Below the pieces are notes generated by a model, which searched no databases, had not been told where the DNA came from, and was given only the letters and a program-made list of their open reading frames with translations. Shown piece after piece: positions 30,790-40,226 of a stretch of 64,000 bases of DNA. How positions within the stretch are numbered: the stretch's first letter is position 1; each line of letters starts with the position of its first letter. Source of the stretch: an uncultured Verrucomicrobiae bacterium (GTDB taxonomy: Bacteria; Verrucomicrobiota; Verrucomicrobiia; Chthoniobacterales; UBA10450). Where the stretch lies: assembly GCA_963815455.1 (NCBI GenBank), contig CAWFGO010000001.1:960001-1024000 (forward strand), given 5' to 3'. The translations under genes and the position numbers were made by a program.

Positions 30790-31850
30790 TTCTTATTTTG
30801 CTCCATTGTTCCCACGGAAACGCGGACCCATTCCAGCAAGCCGTAGCCTTTTAGCGGGCGCACGATGATTTTTTTGGCGAGCAGTTTCTTGAACACACCC
30901 GGCCCATCGCCCACGTTCACCATCACGAAGTTGGCCGCGCCAGGAACGAAGCGCAGATTCATTTCGGCGAATTGCGCTTCCAGATAAGCGCGGCCTTCAT
31001 CGACAACCTCCTTCGTCTTGCGCTGATGCGCGGCGTCGTCAAGCGCCGCCAGCGCGCCAACCTGTCCAATACCGTTGATGTTGAATGGCTGTCTCGTTTT
31101 TTGGAGAACATCGATCAAGTCGCTCGACGCGATTCCGTAGCCCACGCGCAAACTGGCCAGGCCATGAATTTTCGAAAACGTGCGGAGCAGTATGATGTTC
31201 GGGCGAGAGCGCACGTATTGAAGCACGTCAGGCGGATCGTTGATGAACTCGAAATAGGCTTCGTCGAAAACAGCGACAACGTCCTCCGGCAGCCGCGCAA
31301 TGAGATTGTCGATCTTCCGCTGCGAAATTAGCGCGCCAGTCGGATTGTTCGGATTCGCGATGAAAATGATTTTGGTTTTGGGCGTAATCGCATCGAGCAT
31401 CGCTTCCAGATCGGGCTGAAAATTCGGGGCCGCCGTCTCGATCGTGCGAGCATCGAAAAGCGTTGCGACCAATTTGTAGGCAATAAACGCGTGCTGAGTC
31501 GTGATCACTTCGTCGCCCGGCCTGAGAAAAGCGTGGCCGAGAAATTCAATGATCTCGTTCGAGCCGTTGCCGAGGATGATGTTCTCTCGCGCGCACCCAA
31601 GTTTTTCCGCGAGCGCGTTCCGTAAATAAAAACCGCCGCCGTCCGGGTAAAGCTGCGCGCTTTCCACCGCGGCGCGCATCGCGGCCAAAGCCTTGGGCGA
31701 CGGTCCAAGCGGGTTTTCATTTGAGGCGAGCTTAATGATCGCGGCCGGATCGACATTCAATTCGCGCGCGGTTTCCTCGATCGGTTTGCCCGGCTCGTAA
31801 ACGACGAGGCTACGCAATTGCGGGCTGGCCTGGTCCCAGATCGAAGTCAT
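30747..31850 (-). CDS. hisC: Histidinol-phosphate aminotransferase
   Basis: KLASNENP, NPNNPTG, DEAY, RTFSKIHGLASLRVGY. Confidence 0.95.
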   Translation of the reverse strand: MTSIWDQASPQLRSLVVYEPGKPIEETARELNVDPAAIIKLASNENPLGPSPKALAAMRAAVESAQLYPDGGGFYLRNALAEKLGCARENIILGNGSNEIIEFLGHAFLRPGDEVITTQHAFIAYKLVATLFDARTIETAAPNFQPDLEAMLDAITPKTKIIFIANPNNPTGALISQRKIDNLIARLPEDVVAVFDEAYFEFINDPPDVLQYVRSRPNIILLRTFSKIHGLASLRVGYGIASSDLIDVLQKTRQPFNINGIGQVGALAALDDAAHQRKTKEVVDEGRAYLEAQFAEMNLRFVPGAANFVMVNVGDGPGVFKKLLAKKIIVRPLKGYGLLEWVRVSVGTMEQNKKCIEALKEVLSPTR

Positions 31851-31948
31851 GGGCGCAATCTAGACAGAATTAACGAAATGAACAAAACGCGGGAACTCAC
31901 GCAGGCAAAAGATTGCAGCCGACGCGGCTGGCTCTACAATGGAGCGTG

Positions 31949-33130
31949 ATGGCCGAAGAGAAGATTATCTATCTTGATAATAACGCCACGACCCGGCTCG
32001 ATCCGGCGGTGGTGGAAGAGATGATGCCGTTTTTGACCGACCATTACGGGAACCCTTCGAGTGGGCATCAGCTCGGCGCTCGTGCGCGGAAAGCCATCGA
32101 TCTCGCTCGCGGGCAAGTAGCCGCGATGCTCGGCTGCGAGCCCTCCGAGATCGCCTTCACGAGCTGTGGAACGGAGTCGAACAATGCCGCGATCAACGCC
32201 GCCGTTCAATTCGAGCCGCGCGGGAAGCATGTTATAACGAGCGCAGTCGAACACAGCGCCGTGTTGCGGCATTGCGAAGATCTGGCCAAACGCGGAGCGG
32301 AGGTGACATTTCTCGGTGTTGATCGAGATGGAAATGTCGATCTGGCCGAGCTGGAACAAGCCATCCGGACCCAGACGGCGATTGTTTCGCTGATGTGGGC
32401 AAACAATGAAACAGGCGTTTTATTTCCAGTCGATAAAATTGCCGAGGTTTGCCGGAAAAAAGGCGTTTTCTTTCATACGGATGCTGTCCAGGCCGCTGGA
32501 AAAATTCCGATTCGGCTCCGCGATACCGCAATCAATTTCCTCTCGATTTCGGCCCACAAATTTCACGGACCGAAAGGCGTCGGCGCACTTTACCTGAATC
32601 GGCGGGCGCGGTTTCGTCCAACGATTATTGGAGGCAGCCAGGAAAACGGACGCCGCGCGGGAACCGAGAACGTGGCGTCGATAGTCGGGATGGGCAAAGC
32701 CGCTGAACTGGCGGTGAAATGTTTGCCAGAGGAAGAGACGCGGGTTCGGGCGATGCGCGATCGTTTTGAAAAGGCGCTGTTGAAAACCGTGAGCGGCAGC
32801 TCAATCAACGGCACGGGAGCTTCGCGTTTGCCGAACACATCGAGTTGCTCATTCGAGGGAATCGAATCGCAGGGCGCCCTCATTTTGTTGGATCGACATC
32901 GGATTTGCTGCTCGGCCGGCTCGGCCTGCAAGACCGGGTCTGGTGACGCTTCGCATGTTTTGCGGGCCATGCATGCGGAAGATCGGGCGCAACGCAGTCT
33001 GCGTTTTTCGTTTGGACGTTTTAATGCCGACTCCGATACCGATCACGGAGTAAAAGCGGTTCGTGAAGTAGTGACGAAATTGCGGGGGTTGGCCTCTGCG
33101 ACGGTGGGTGAACCGGTACTAAATCGGTAG
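31949..33130 (+). CDS. nifS: Cysteine desulfurase (NifS/IscS group I)
   Basis: YLDNNATT, GNPSS, NNETG, HTDAVQ, SAHKFHGPKG, SAGSAC. Confidence 0.9.
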   Translation: MAEEKIIYLDNNATTRLDPAVVEEMMPFLTDHYGNPSSGHQLGARARKAIDLARGQVAAMLGCEPSEIAFTSCGTESNNAAINAAVQFEPRGKHVITSAVEHSAVLRHCEDLAKRGAEVTFLGVDRDGNVDLAELEQAIRTQTAIVSLMWANNETGVLFPVDKIAEVCRKKGVFFHTDAVQAAGKIPIRLRDTAINFLSISAHKFHGPKGVGALYLNRRARFRPTIIGGSQENGRRAGTENVASIVGMGKAAELAVKCLPEEETRVRAMRDRFEKALLKTVSGSSINGTGASRLPNTSSCSFEGIESQGALILLDRHRICCSAGSACKTGSGDASHVLRAMHAEDRAQRSLRFSFGRFNADSDTDHGVKAVREVVTKLRGLASATVGEPVLNR

Positions 33131-33194
33131 AGCGCTGATTGCTTCCACTTTTGTCTTGTTTCCTGCCAACGCTATACGGTAAAAACGCTTAACT

Positions 33195-33980
33195 ATGACT
33201 CCACACGTTCGACTCCCCCGGGGGTTTGTTGCGGCGATGGGATTCGGCCTGCTTTGTTTCGTGTCGTCACTTCAAGCCGTCACACTCCAAGGCAATCCGT
33301 TTACTCCGCCCGACGCCAACTATCAGATCTATGCGCTGCAGGGAGTCGACTCGTCGCACCCACTCGGGCTCACTGGTTTTTCGCCCCAGGTGAACACCGA
33401 CTTCGAGTTCACCCCTTCGATCGGCGTTTCCTACGATAAAGGCGGCGGCCAGCTGAAAGATTTCGGGCTCGGGTTGTTCAAAGGCAGCGATAACGCCGTA
33501 TTTTCGACGGGGTTGAACATCTTGTACAACAACCCGGTGGACGCTTATAGCGTGAGCCTGACGGTCCAAGACTTCGACATCAAGCCGGGCCAATACTTCA
33601 AGCCCAACAAAGTCTCACCGGCAATGCTGATCCTTGGCGCTAACAACGCTGTGATCGCGAACCTGACACCGGCTCAGATTTATCCCTATCTCGTCGCACA
33701 TACTACCGACCCGAAGGACGATATTTGGGACATCAACTTCTCGCAGCTGCTCGGCGGGAACAGTATCGCCAACGGCGCGATCTCGGGCTTTGTCCTCTAT
33801 GCAAACAAAACCAATGGCGAGAAGGCCAGCAGCGATCCCTACCTTCTTCTAACCGTTGGCAACGGCAATGGCATCCCGGAAATCCCGGAGCCGGGCAATT
33901 TTGTTGCCGGTCTCGCGGCGATTGTATTCGCCGTGATCTTTCAGCTGAGGAAACGCGCAAGCCGCAAAGTTAACGCCTGA
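33195..33980 (+). CDS. Secreted PEP-CTERM-like surface protein
   Basis: Signal peptide; C-terminal IPEP + hydrophobic helix + RKRASRK. Confidence 0.8.
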   Translation: MTPHVRLPRGFVAAMGFGLLCFVSSLQAVTLQGNPFTPPDANYQIYALQGVDSSHPLGLTGFSPQVNTDFEFTPSIGVSYDKGGGQLKDFGLGLFKGSDNAVFSTGLNILYNNPVDAYSVSLTVQDFDIKPGQYFKPNKVSPAMLILGANNAVIANLTPAQIYPYLVAHTTDPKDDIWDINFSQLLGGNSIANGAISGFVLYANKTNGEKASSDPYLLLTVGNGNGIPEIPEPGNFVAGLAAIVFAVIFQLRKRASRKVNA

Positions 33981-33988
33981 CCGTTGCG

Positions 33989-35698
33989 CTAACGGCGGTT
34001 GGTGCCTGTTTTGTTGCGAGCCTCCTGGAGGAGAGCTTTCTCTTCAGGAAGGAGCGGGGCCTGGATGCCCTTCTCGATGAAATCGGCTGCTTTGGTTTTT
34101 TCTCCCGCCGCCGCGAGGACGAGTCCGTAATAGGCCGCCGTGCCCGGCTCTTGAAGGTCCGCGGCGTCTAATTGATTCATCGCCTTGACGGCCAGCGCGT
34201 GTTGACCTCTCCGATAGAGAGAGAAAGCGTACGTTGTCACAAACAACCGGTTTCGGGGATCCTTCCGATACAATCGATCCGCGATTTCGCAGGCCGCTCG
34301 CACATTCAGATTCAGAAGCAGCGAAAGCTGAGCCAGATTGTTCTGCGCTTTATCATCATCGGCATTCCTTTCGGAAAAGCGCGCTACGACCCGGTAAAGA
34401 TTCCTCGTATCGCCCTTCTTTGCGTAATAATCATAGAGTGCGCTGAGGGACTGCGCCTGTCTCCGCGGATCCTTGGCCATCATCCACAGGACGTTTTCGG
34501 CTTCGTGCTCCCAACCCCACTTGACGCAGACTTGTTCAATCGTGTGGAGTCGCTCGGGGTCTCCTCCTGCCAGTTCCAGAGCTTTCTTCCAGTGGGCGTC
34601 GAAGCCCTGGCTATCCCCCCGTTTGCGCAGAGCCCACGACAAATAAGTCTCGCGGGCGAATTCGAGATCGCCCCAGGGCGATTGGTTGCATAATTGTTCC
34701 ATTTCATCAGGATCGTTGACGGCGACATAACAATCCGCGACGGCAACTGGTACCGGTCGTTTGTTCAAAATCTCAGGCGGAAGGTCTTTAATCCAGTGAA
34801 GCGCAACCAGTGCCAGGCCGTCCGCGCTCATCCATGACAGCAATTCCGCCATCTTTTCCGGCTCAGTAGCCGCTTCGGTCTGCAATTGGCTCAGGGTCGT
34901 GGCGAACCCCGCTTGATCCAAAGCATGCAGGATTTTCGCGTGGGCCAACCGGTCGCTGAACGCCGCCTCCTCGTAGCCGGCCAACAGCGCGCTGGCCTCC
35001 AGCAGAGCAGGCGCGCTGTGCCGGCGCGCGGCATCGTCCCGGAGCGCGCGCGCGGCGGAAGTCCTGAGCTCGCGATCTTCGAGAAACTGTTCCAGTGAGT
35101 TGCGTCCAGCCGTTCGCGCTCCAGACGAGGTCGCCTGCAATTGCGCGATGGCACGATCGAAACGGTAATGTTTATTCCCAGGATCGAGATCGGCCGCTTT
35201 GGCGAGGTAGGGTTGAGCGGCATCGGCGACTCCACGGGCCAGGGCCAATTTTCCGCGCACTTCGTAGTACGCCGCGGATTCTCCGGCCTTCGCCTCCATC
35301 TTTTGGAGGGCTTTTTCACCTGCGTCGAGCTGGTTGAATCGAAGAGCCGATCGGCCGAGTGCGACGGCATCATCGAGCGAATCCGGAGCATTCTTCAAGA
35401 CCCGCTTCCACCATTCAACCGCAGCCGGGTCGCCAGTGCGTTCAGCCGTTTGAGCCATGATCCGACAGGCGCGCGTGTTCGATGAATCGAGGTCTAACAA
35501 GTGCCGCGCGAGGATCGATGCGGATTTGAGATTGCCTTCGTTCAAGTAAGACTCCGCATGGCGGGTGAGGCGTTCGGTTTGCCAGCTTCGGTAAAAACGG
35601 TGCCCGCCGGTGACGAGCGCCGCTAACAGGATGAGAACGGCAATTCCGCCAAATAATAATTTGAGGTAAACACGTTCTATCCGGCGGGCGCGAATCAT
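33989..35698 (-). CDS. Membrane-anchored TPR protein (paralog 1)
   Basis: N-terminal TM after ERVYLKL; TPR-like helices; NNLAQL.LLL, TYAFSLY and LLPEE shared with the other two paralogs. Confidence 0.8.
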   Translation of the reverse strand: MIRARRIERVYLKLLFGGIAVLILLAALVTGGHRFYRSWQTERLTRHAESYLNEGNLKSASILARHLLDLDSSNTRACRIMAQTAERTGDPAAVEWWKRVLKNAPDSLDDAVALGRSALRFNQLDAGEKALQKMEAKAGESAAYYEVRGKLALARGVADAAQPYLAKAADLDPGNKHYRFDRAIAQLQATSSGARTAGRNSLEQFLEDRELRTSAARALRDDAARRHSAPALLEASALLAGYEEAAFSDRLAHAKILHALDQAGFATTLSQLQTEAATEPEKMAELLSWMSADGLALVALHWIKDLPPEILNKRPVPVAVADCYVAVNDPDEMEQLCNQSPWGDLEFARETYLSWALRKRGDSQGFDAHWKKALELAGGDPERLHTIEQVCVKWGWEHEAENVLWMMAKDPRRQAQSLSALYDYYAKKGDTRNLYRVVARFSERNADDDKAQNNLAQLSLLLNLNVRAACEIADRLYRKDPRNRLFVTTYAFSLYRRGQHALAVKAMNQLDAADLQEPGTAAYYGLVLAAAGEKTKAADFIEKGIQAPLLPEEKALLQEARNKTGTNRR

Positions 35699-35985
35699 GA
35701 GCCCTATTTAAACGCACACCGCGGTGGTGCGGTCAAAAATCGATTAGGAAAAGTGTTTTCTCAGGCGCCGCCACCCTGCAGCCGGGGATGACTCGTCAAA
35801 TAGCCCTGTCCTCCGGGCCGTGGGTTAGCCCCCAGGAAGGAGAAAGGCTTTGGATTGTCCTTGGCTCGGGGTCGGGGGCCTCTGCAGACAAACCAAAGTT
35901 CGGCCTTGGCACAAAAATTGTTATTGACGCTGCGACTCAAATATGACAATTATGGGAAATAACGGAAATTAACACTACACACCTT

Positions 35986-36915
35986 ATGAAACATACCAAT
36001 CGCTTTCATCCCTTCTTGGCTGGCTCAGCTGCTTTAGCGGTCGCCGCCCTTGTCGCCCTTTCTGGCACCGCCGAAGCCTCTGTTGTCGATCTTGGGGACG
36101 CCGCGGGTTTCTCCGTCCTGACCTATAACAGCAACAATACATCCAACTCCGCCTTTCAGGGCGGGCCGATTGGCGTGGTTAATGGTAACTGGACGCAAAG
36201 CGGCGGTGGGCAGACGAATAATCAGCAGCCGACGCAAGTGATCCTTAGCCCCGGCCATACCAACAACGGCCCTCCTGTTTTGACCACGGTTTATAACGCT
36301 GCGCTACTGAACTCGGCCTGGACGGACGCAACGAATGCATCCGCCATGCTGGCTTCGCTTACGCCCACTCAGGTTCTTGGGGCGATTACCTCGGGCATGA
36401 CCATTTCGGAGTCGGCCGTTGGTCATTACGTCCTCAGCATTACCAACATCAACCTGAATCAATCGGCGCTCATTCTGAACGCTCCGGCAGGTTCCACATT
36501 TGTGTTGAATATCTCCGGCAACATCACACTGAACGGCGGCAGCCAGGGCAACGGACTGCTGCTGGCCGGCGGTCTGACGCCCAATGATGTGGTCTATAAC
36601 CTTACTGGCGCGAACAGCAATCTGACCACTAGCGGCGGTGGCAATGCGCAGCAAATTAACGGCATTGTGCTGGCCACCGGTGCAAACGCTTCGGTCAATC
36701 TCCACCCGGGACAAATCAACGGGGAAGTCATTGCCAGAACGTTTACCACTTCCTCCGGCGCCCTCGTAAATGCTCCTCCTGTTCCCGTTCCGGAAGTGGC
36801 GCCCAGCTCGGTCATCTTCGGTTTCCTTGGCTTGGTTGTGGCGTTCAGTTCGCGGCGGGCGTTGATGGCCCGAGTTCGCGCAATCTCCATGGAACGGAAG
36901 GGACGCCTCGGTTAA
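35986..36915 (+). CDS. PEP-CTERM-like protein with an ice-binding (DUF3494)/choice-of-anchor beta-solenoid domain
   Basis: VDLGDAAGFSVL start motif, Thr/Asn/Gly-rich repeats, tail VPEVAPSSVIFGFLGLVVAFSSRR. Confidence 0.75.
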   Translation: MKHTNRFHPFLAGSAALAVAALVALSGTAEASVVDLGDAAGFSVLTYNSNNTSNSAFQGGPIGVVNGNWTQSGGGQTNNQQPTQVILSPGHTNNGPPVLTTVYNAALLNSAWTDATNASAMLASLTPTQVLGAITSGMTISESAVGHYVLSITNINLNQSALILNAPAGSTFVLNISGNITLNGGSQGNGLLLAGGLTPNDVVYNLTGANSNLTTSGGGNAQQINGIVLATGANASVNLHPGQINGEVIARTFTTSSGALVNAPPVPVPEVAPSSVIFGFLGLVVAFSSRRALMARVRAISMERKGRLG

Positions 36916-36940
36916 GTTCCTTGTTTGGTTTGTTTGTGCC

Positions 36941-36977
36941 AAAAACGGCGCTCGTCTTGAGCGCCGTTTTTGTTTTT
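36941..36977 (+). terminator. Rho-independent terminator
   Basis: AAAAACGGCGCTC-loop-GAGCGCCGTTTTT followed by a T tract. Confidence 0.85.
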
Positions 36978-37127
36978 GCAGAGGCCGTTTATCGGCAGCA
37001 GCAAGTGCAATCACCGATTCGGCGAGGGCGGCAGAGACTATTGCCGATTGCCGAGTTTTTTTTTCTTGCCAAACAGGCGACAAGTTTGGTAAACGGGGAG
37101 AGTAGAAAATTTTCTAACGCTACCCGC

Positions 37128-38072
37128 ATGAAACAACTAATGCATGTCACCTCGTATCGGATCCTTCTCACCGCCGCCGTGGCCGCCTTGTGCGCCGTCA
37201 CGACGACCAGGGCGTCGATGATCGGCCCGGTCAATCTCGGCACGGCCGGTGATTATGCTTTGCTCGCGCTCTCGGGCGACATCCAGGATTCCGGGCCGAC
37301 CGGGCCGGATGCGAACCCCTACAGCGTGAACGGCCCCATTGGCGTCGTTTCGTCTAGTGGGCAGTTCCAGACGTCCGGAAGCCGCACTTACAACGGTCCG
37401 ATTTATCTCCACACCGGCGCGACCTATCACAGCTCGGCCCAGGGGGCGCCTCCTCCGATGTCGGGCCCGGCCATCGACGCCATGCTGGCCCAGGCCAGTG
37501 CCGATGCCTTTGCCGCTTCTGCTTTTGCTTTGACTCTTCCGGTCACGGCCAGCTACGGCACGATTAACAATAATCTGACCATTTCCGAGGGCGACGCAGG
37601 CAACTACGTTTTCAATATCGGGAACATCAGCTTTTCCGGCGGCAAGACGCTGACTCTGAGTGCTCCGGCAGGCAGCAACTTCATTTTGAATATTTCATCG
37701 GGTCTGACCTTGACCGGGGGAAGCATCGTTTTGGCCGGCGGTCTCACCCCGGATAACGTGTTGATCAACTATACAGGCACTTCCAACATCCGGTTTAGCG
37801 GCGGTGGAAACTCCTCCAGGGTTTACGGGACAATCCTGGCCCCCAACGCTCATGTTCAGATTACGCCTGGTTTTGTGGCCGGTTCCATCATCGCCGCGAG
37901 CATCCAGATGTCCTCGGGCGCGAACGTCGGCGGCCCGGTTCCAATTCCCGAAGTCACGCCCAGTTCTGTAATTTTCGGTTTCCTTGGTTTGGTCGTGGCG
38001 TTCAGTTCGCGCCGGGCGTTGATGGCCCGGGTTCGCATCGGGTCCGCCCAGCGAAAAAACCGTCTTACTTAG
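37128..38072 (+). CDS. PEP-CTERM-like protein with an ice-binding-like beta-solenoid domain (paralog of 35986)
   Basis: VNLGTAGDYALLAL, GTILAPNAHV, tail IPEVTPSSVIFGFLGLVVAFSSRR; start ATG 37128. Confidence 0.75.
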   Translation: MKQLMHVTSYRILLTAAVAALCAVTTTRASMIGPVNLGTAGDYALLALSGDIQDSGPTGPDANPYSVNGPIGVVSSSGQFQTSGSRTYNGPIYLHTGATYHSSAQGAPPPMSGPAIDAMLAQASADAFAASAFALTLPVTASYGTINNNLTISEGDAGNYVFNIGNISFSGGKTLTLSAPAGSNFILNISSGLTLTGGSIVLAGGLTPDNVLINYTGTSNIRFSGGGNSSRVYGTILAPNAHVQITPGFVAGSIIAASIQMSSGANVGGPVPIPEVTPSSVIFGFLGLVVAFSSRRALMARVRIGSAQRKNRLT

Positions 38073-38096
38073 AATTACTTGTTTGGTTTGTTGCGC

Positions 38097-38134
38097 AAAA
38101 CGGCGCTCATTAACGAGCGCCGTTTTGTTTTTTT
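38097..38134 (+). terminator. Rho-independent terminator (second copy)
   Basis: AAAACGGCGCTC-loop-GAGCGCCGTTTT followed by a T tract. Confidence 0.85.
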
Positions 38135-38137
38135 GTT

Positions 38138-38234
38138 TGTAGGAGCGGTCTGTCCTCAGCCGCAATGTCTTTCGGGCTTGCGCGTGGGGACCAGCCTTCT
38201 GAGAGCCACGGCTCGGCCAGCACGCGCCCCTATA
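38138..38234. repeat. GTAG-type REP-like element
   Basis: TGTAGGAGCG...CGCCCCTATA; shares CAGCCGCAATG with the element at 40147. Confidence 0.6.
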
Positions 38235-38375
38235 GTCGAAGCGCAGGCTTAGTAGGTAATGGCGCGGGTCGGATCCAAATTGTCTTCGAACCAACCGGCA
38301 TAGGCGAAATTCGGAACGTTAGGCGGAGGGTTGGCCTTGCAAAATGGCGTACTTGATTCCATATTGAGACTCATA

Positions 38376-39533
38376 ATGGAATTGGTTCCCCGGTTCTTTC
38401 GGCCGCCTGTCGGCAGCTACTTCTTGTTCGGTCCTCGAGGCACCGGAAAGTCACTCTGGACGCAAACCTATTATCCCGGTGCGCTTCGGCTCGATCTTCT
38501 CGATCCAGCAGTCTTCCGAACCTACAGTGCGCACCCGGAGCGGTTGCGCGAGGTAGTCGAAGCAACCCCGGGGACGCGCGACGTGATCATTGATGAAGTG
38601 CAGAAGGTTCCGGAGTTGCTCTCGCTCGTTCACGCTTTAATCGAGAAAAAACAAAAACGGCAATTTATTCTTACTGGCTCCAGCGCGCGCAAATTCAAGC
38701 GTTCCGGCGTAGACCTGATGGCAGGCCGCGCAGTGTTGCGGACGCTGCACCCCTACATGGCCGCAGAGCTAGGCCGGCGATTTGATCTATCGCGCTGCCT
38801 GCAGATTGGCATGGTTCCGCTCGTGTTCGAGGCCGCAGCTCCGCAGGATGTGCTGGCCTCGTATTCGGCTCTGTATCTCCGTGAAGAGGTTCAAATGGAA
38901 GGTTTGGTAAGGAACATTGGAGCCTTCTCCCGATTTCTCGAGGCGGTTAGCTTTTCCCACGGCTCGGTGCTCAATCTCAGCAACATAGCGCGCGATTGCC
39001 AGGTGGAGCGCCGAACGGTTGAAGGTTACGTCGAAGTCCTTGAAGACCTTCTCCTCGCCTATCGAGTCCCGATGTTTACACGCCGGGCCAAACGCGAACT
39101 GGCTGTGCATCCCAAGTTCTATTTCTTTGATGTTGGCGTTTTCCGTTCATTGCGTCCGCATGGGCCGCTCGATCGTCCTGAACAGATCGATGGCGCCGCA
39201 CTGGAGGGACTTGTGGCCCAGCATCTTCGCGCTTGGATCGCTTACCGGGCTAAAGACGAGCAGTTCTTTTTTTGGCGGACCCGCTCCGGGGCCGAGGTGG
39301 ACTTCGTGATTTACGGCGCCTCCGGCCTCACTGCGATCGAAGTTAAGAACAGTGCTCAAATCCGATCGGAGGACCTGCGCGCCCTCAGAAGTATTCGGGA
39401 CGATTATCGAGGAAGTCAGTGTCTGTTTCTCTATCGCGGAAACGAGCGCCGGAAGATCGACGACATTCTGTGCATTCCCTGCGTGGAGTTTCTGAAAAAA
39501 CTGCGCCCGGATCAGCCCCTCTGGGTTGAATAG
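38376..39533 (+). CDS. AAA+ ATPase with DUF4143 / PD-(D/E)xK-like C-terminus
   Basis: GPRGTGKS, IIDEVQK, LTGSS, KFYFFDVG, FWRT..GAEVDF..AIEVK. Confidence 0.9.
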   Translation: MELVPRFFRPPVGSYFLFGPRGTGKSLWTQTYYPGALRLDLLDPAVFRTYSAHPERLREVVEATPGTRDVIIDEVQKVPELLSLVHALIEKKQKRQFILTGSSARKFKRSGVDLMAGRAVLRTLHPYMAAELGRRFDLSRCLQIGMVPLVFEAAAPQDVLASYSALYLREEVQMEGLVRNIGAFSRFLEAVSFSHGSVLNLSNIARDCQVERRTVEGYVEVLEDLLLAYRVPMFTRRAKRELAVHPKFYFFDVGVFRSLRPHGPLDRPEQIDGAALEGLVAQHLRAWIAYRAKDEQFFFWRTRSGAEVDFVIYGASGLTAIEVKNSAQIRSEDLRALRSIRDDYRGSQCLFLYRGNERRKIDDILCIPCVEFLKKLRPDQPLWVE

Positions 39534-39954
39534 CCTCTGCAGGAGCCCGAACCGCGGATTACCCAGCGCGGCTCCGCCCCAACCAAAACGCGATGAATTT
39601 GCCTATAGCAGTGCTGATGACGCGGATGGTTCATGAAGAAATGTTGCCCACGGAATACACGAAGCACACCAATGAAGCGGAATCTGCCTGATCAAGCTTT
39701 CGTGGCTTTTGTGTGTTTAGTGGGCAAACTCCTGTTACCGAACCTGTGCCCATCGTGGTGGGAATCGCCGCCCCTAAAATCTTCGCAGGACGAGATGAAT
39801 TTGGCCTATAGCAGTACGGATGGCTTCTAACTTTTCAACGCCAGCTTCATCCGTTTAATCCGCGTTACTTGTTACGCCGTCTTGTCGAGTCGTAGCCTTG
39901 CGCGAAGGCTGAAGCCTCGGCGGACGCAAATCCGCGGGTTTCAGTTATCCGTTC

Positions 39955-40083
39955 GTCCCCGAAGTGGCGCCCAGCTCGGTTATTTTCGCTTTCCTCGGTT
40001 TAATTGTGGCCTTCAGTTCGCGCCGGGCGTTGATGGCCCGGATCCGCACCGTGTCCGCCCAGCGAAAAGGGCGTCTTGCCTGA
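39955..40083 (+). pseudogene. Orphan PEP-CTERM-like sorting tail with no upstream gene body
   Basis: VPEVAPSSVIFAFLGLIVAFSSRRALMARIRTVSAQRKGRLA*; in-frame stop at 39910-39912 and no start codon between it and the tail. Confidence 0.85.
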
Positions 40084-40108
40084 TTCCTTTGCTTGGTTTG
40101 TTTGTGCC

Positions 40109-40144
40109 AAGAACGGCGCTCTTTACGAGCGCCGTTTTTGTTTT
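40109..40144 (+). terminator. Rho-independent terminator (third copy)
   Basis: AACGGCGCTC-loop-GAGCGCCGTT followed by a T tract. Confidence 0.8.
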
Positions 40145-40146
40145 GG

Positions 40147-40226
40147 TGTAGAGGCGGCTGTCACCAGCCGCAATGCTTTTTCGGCATGACACGCCGGGCT
40201 CGCGCGCGGCGACACGCGCCTCTACA
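40147..40226. repeat. GTAG-type REP-like element
   Basis: TGTAGAGGCG...CGCCTCTACA; a related half-copy lies at about 28058. Confidence 0.7.

Noticed and set aside
35908..35923. sigma54 promoter TGGCACAAAAATTGTT before the PEP gene at 35986
   Set aside because: The -12 element reads GT rather than GC, and an adjacent TTGACG suggests sigma70; left uncalled.
36784..40226. CRISPR array or integron attC cassettes
   Set aside because: Repeats are about 200-290 bp, partly coding and spaced by more than 1 kb; no cas or integrase gene and no attC structure seen.
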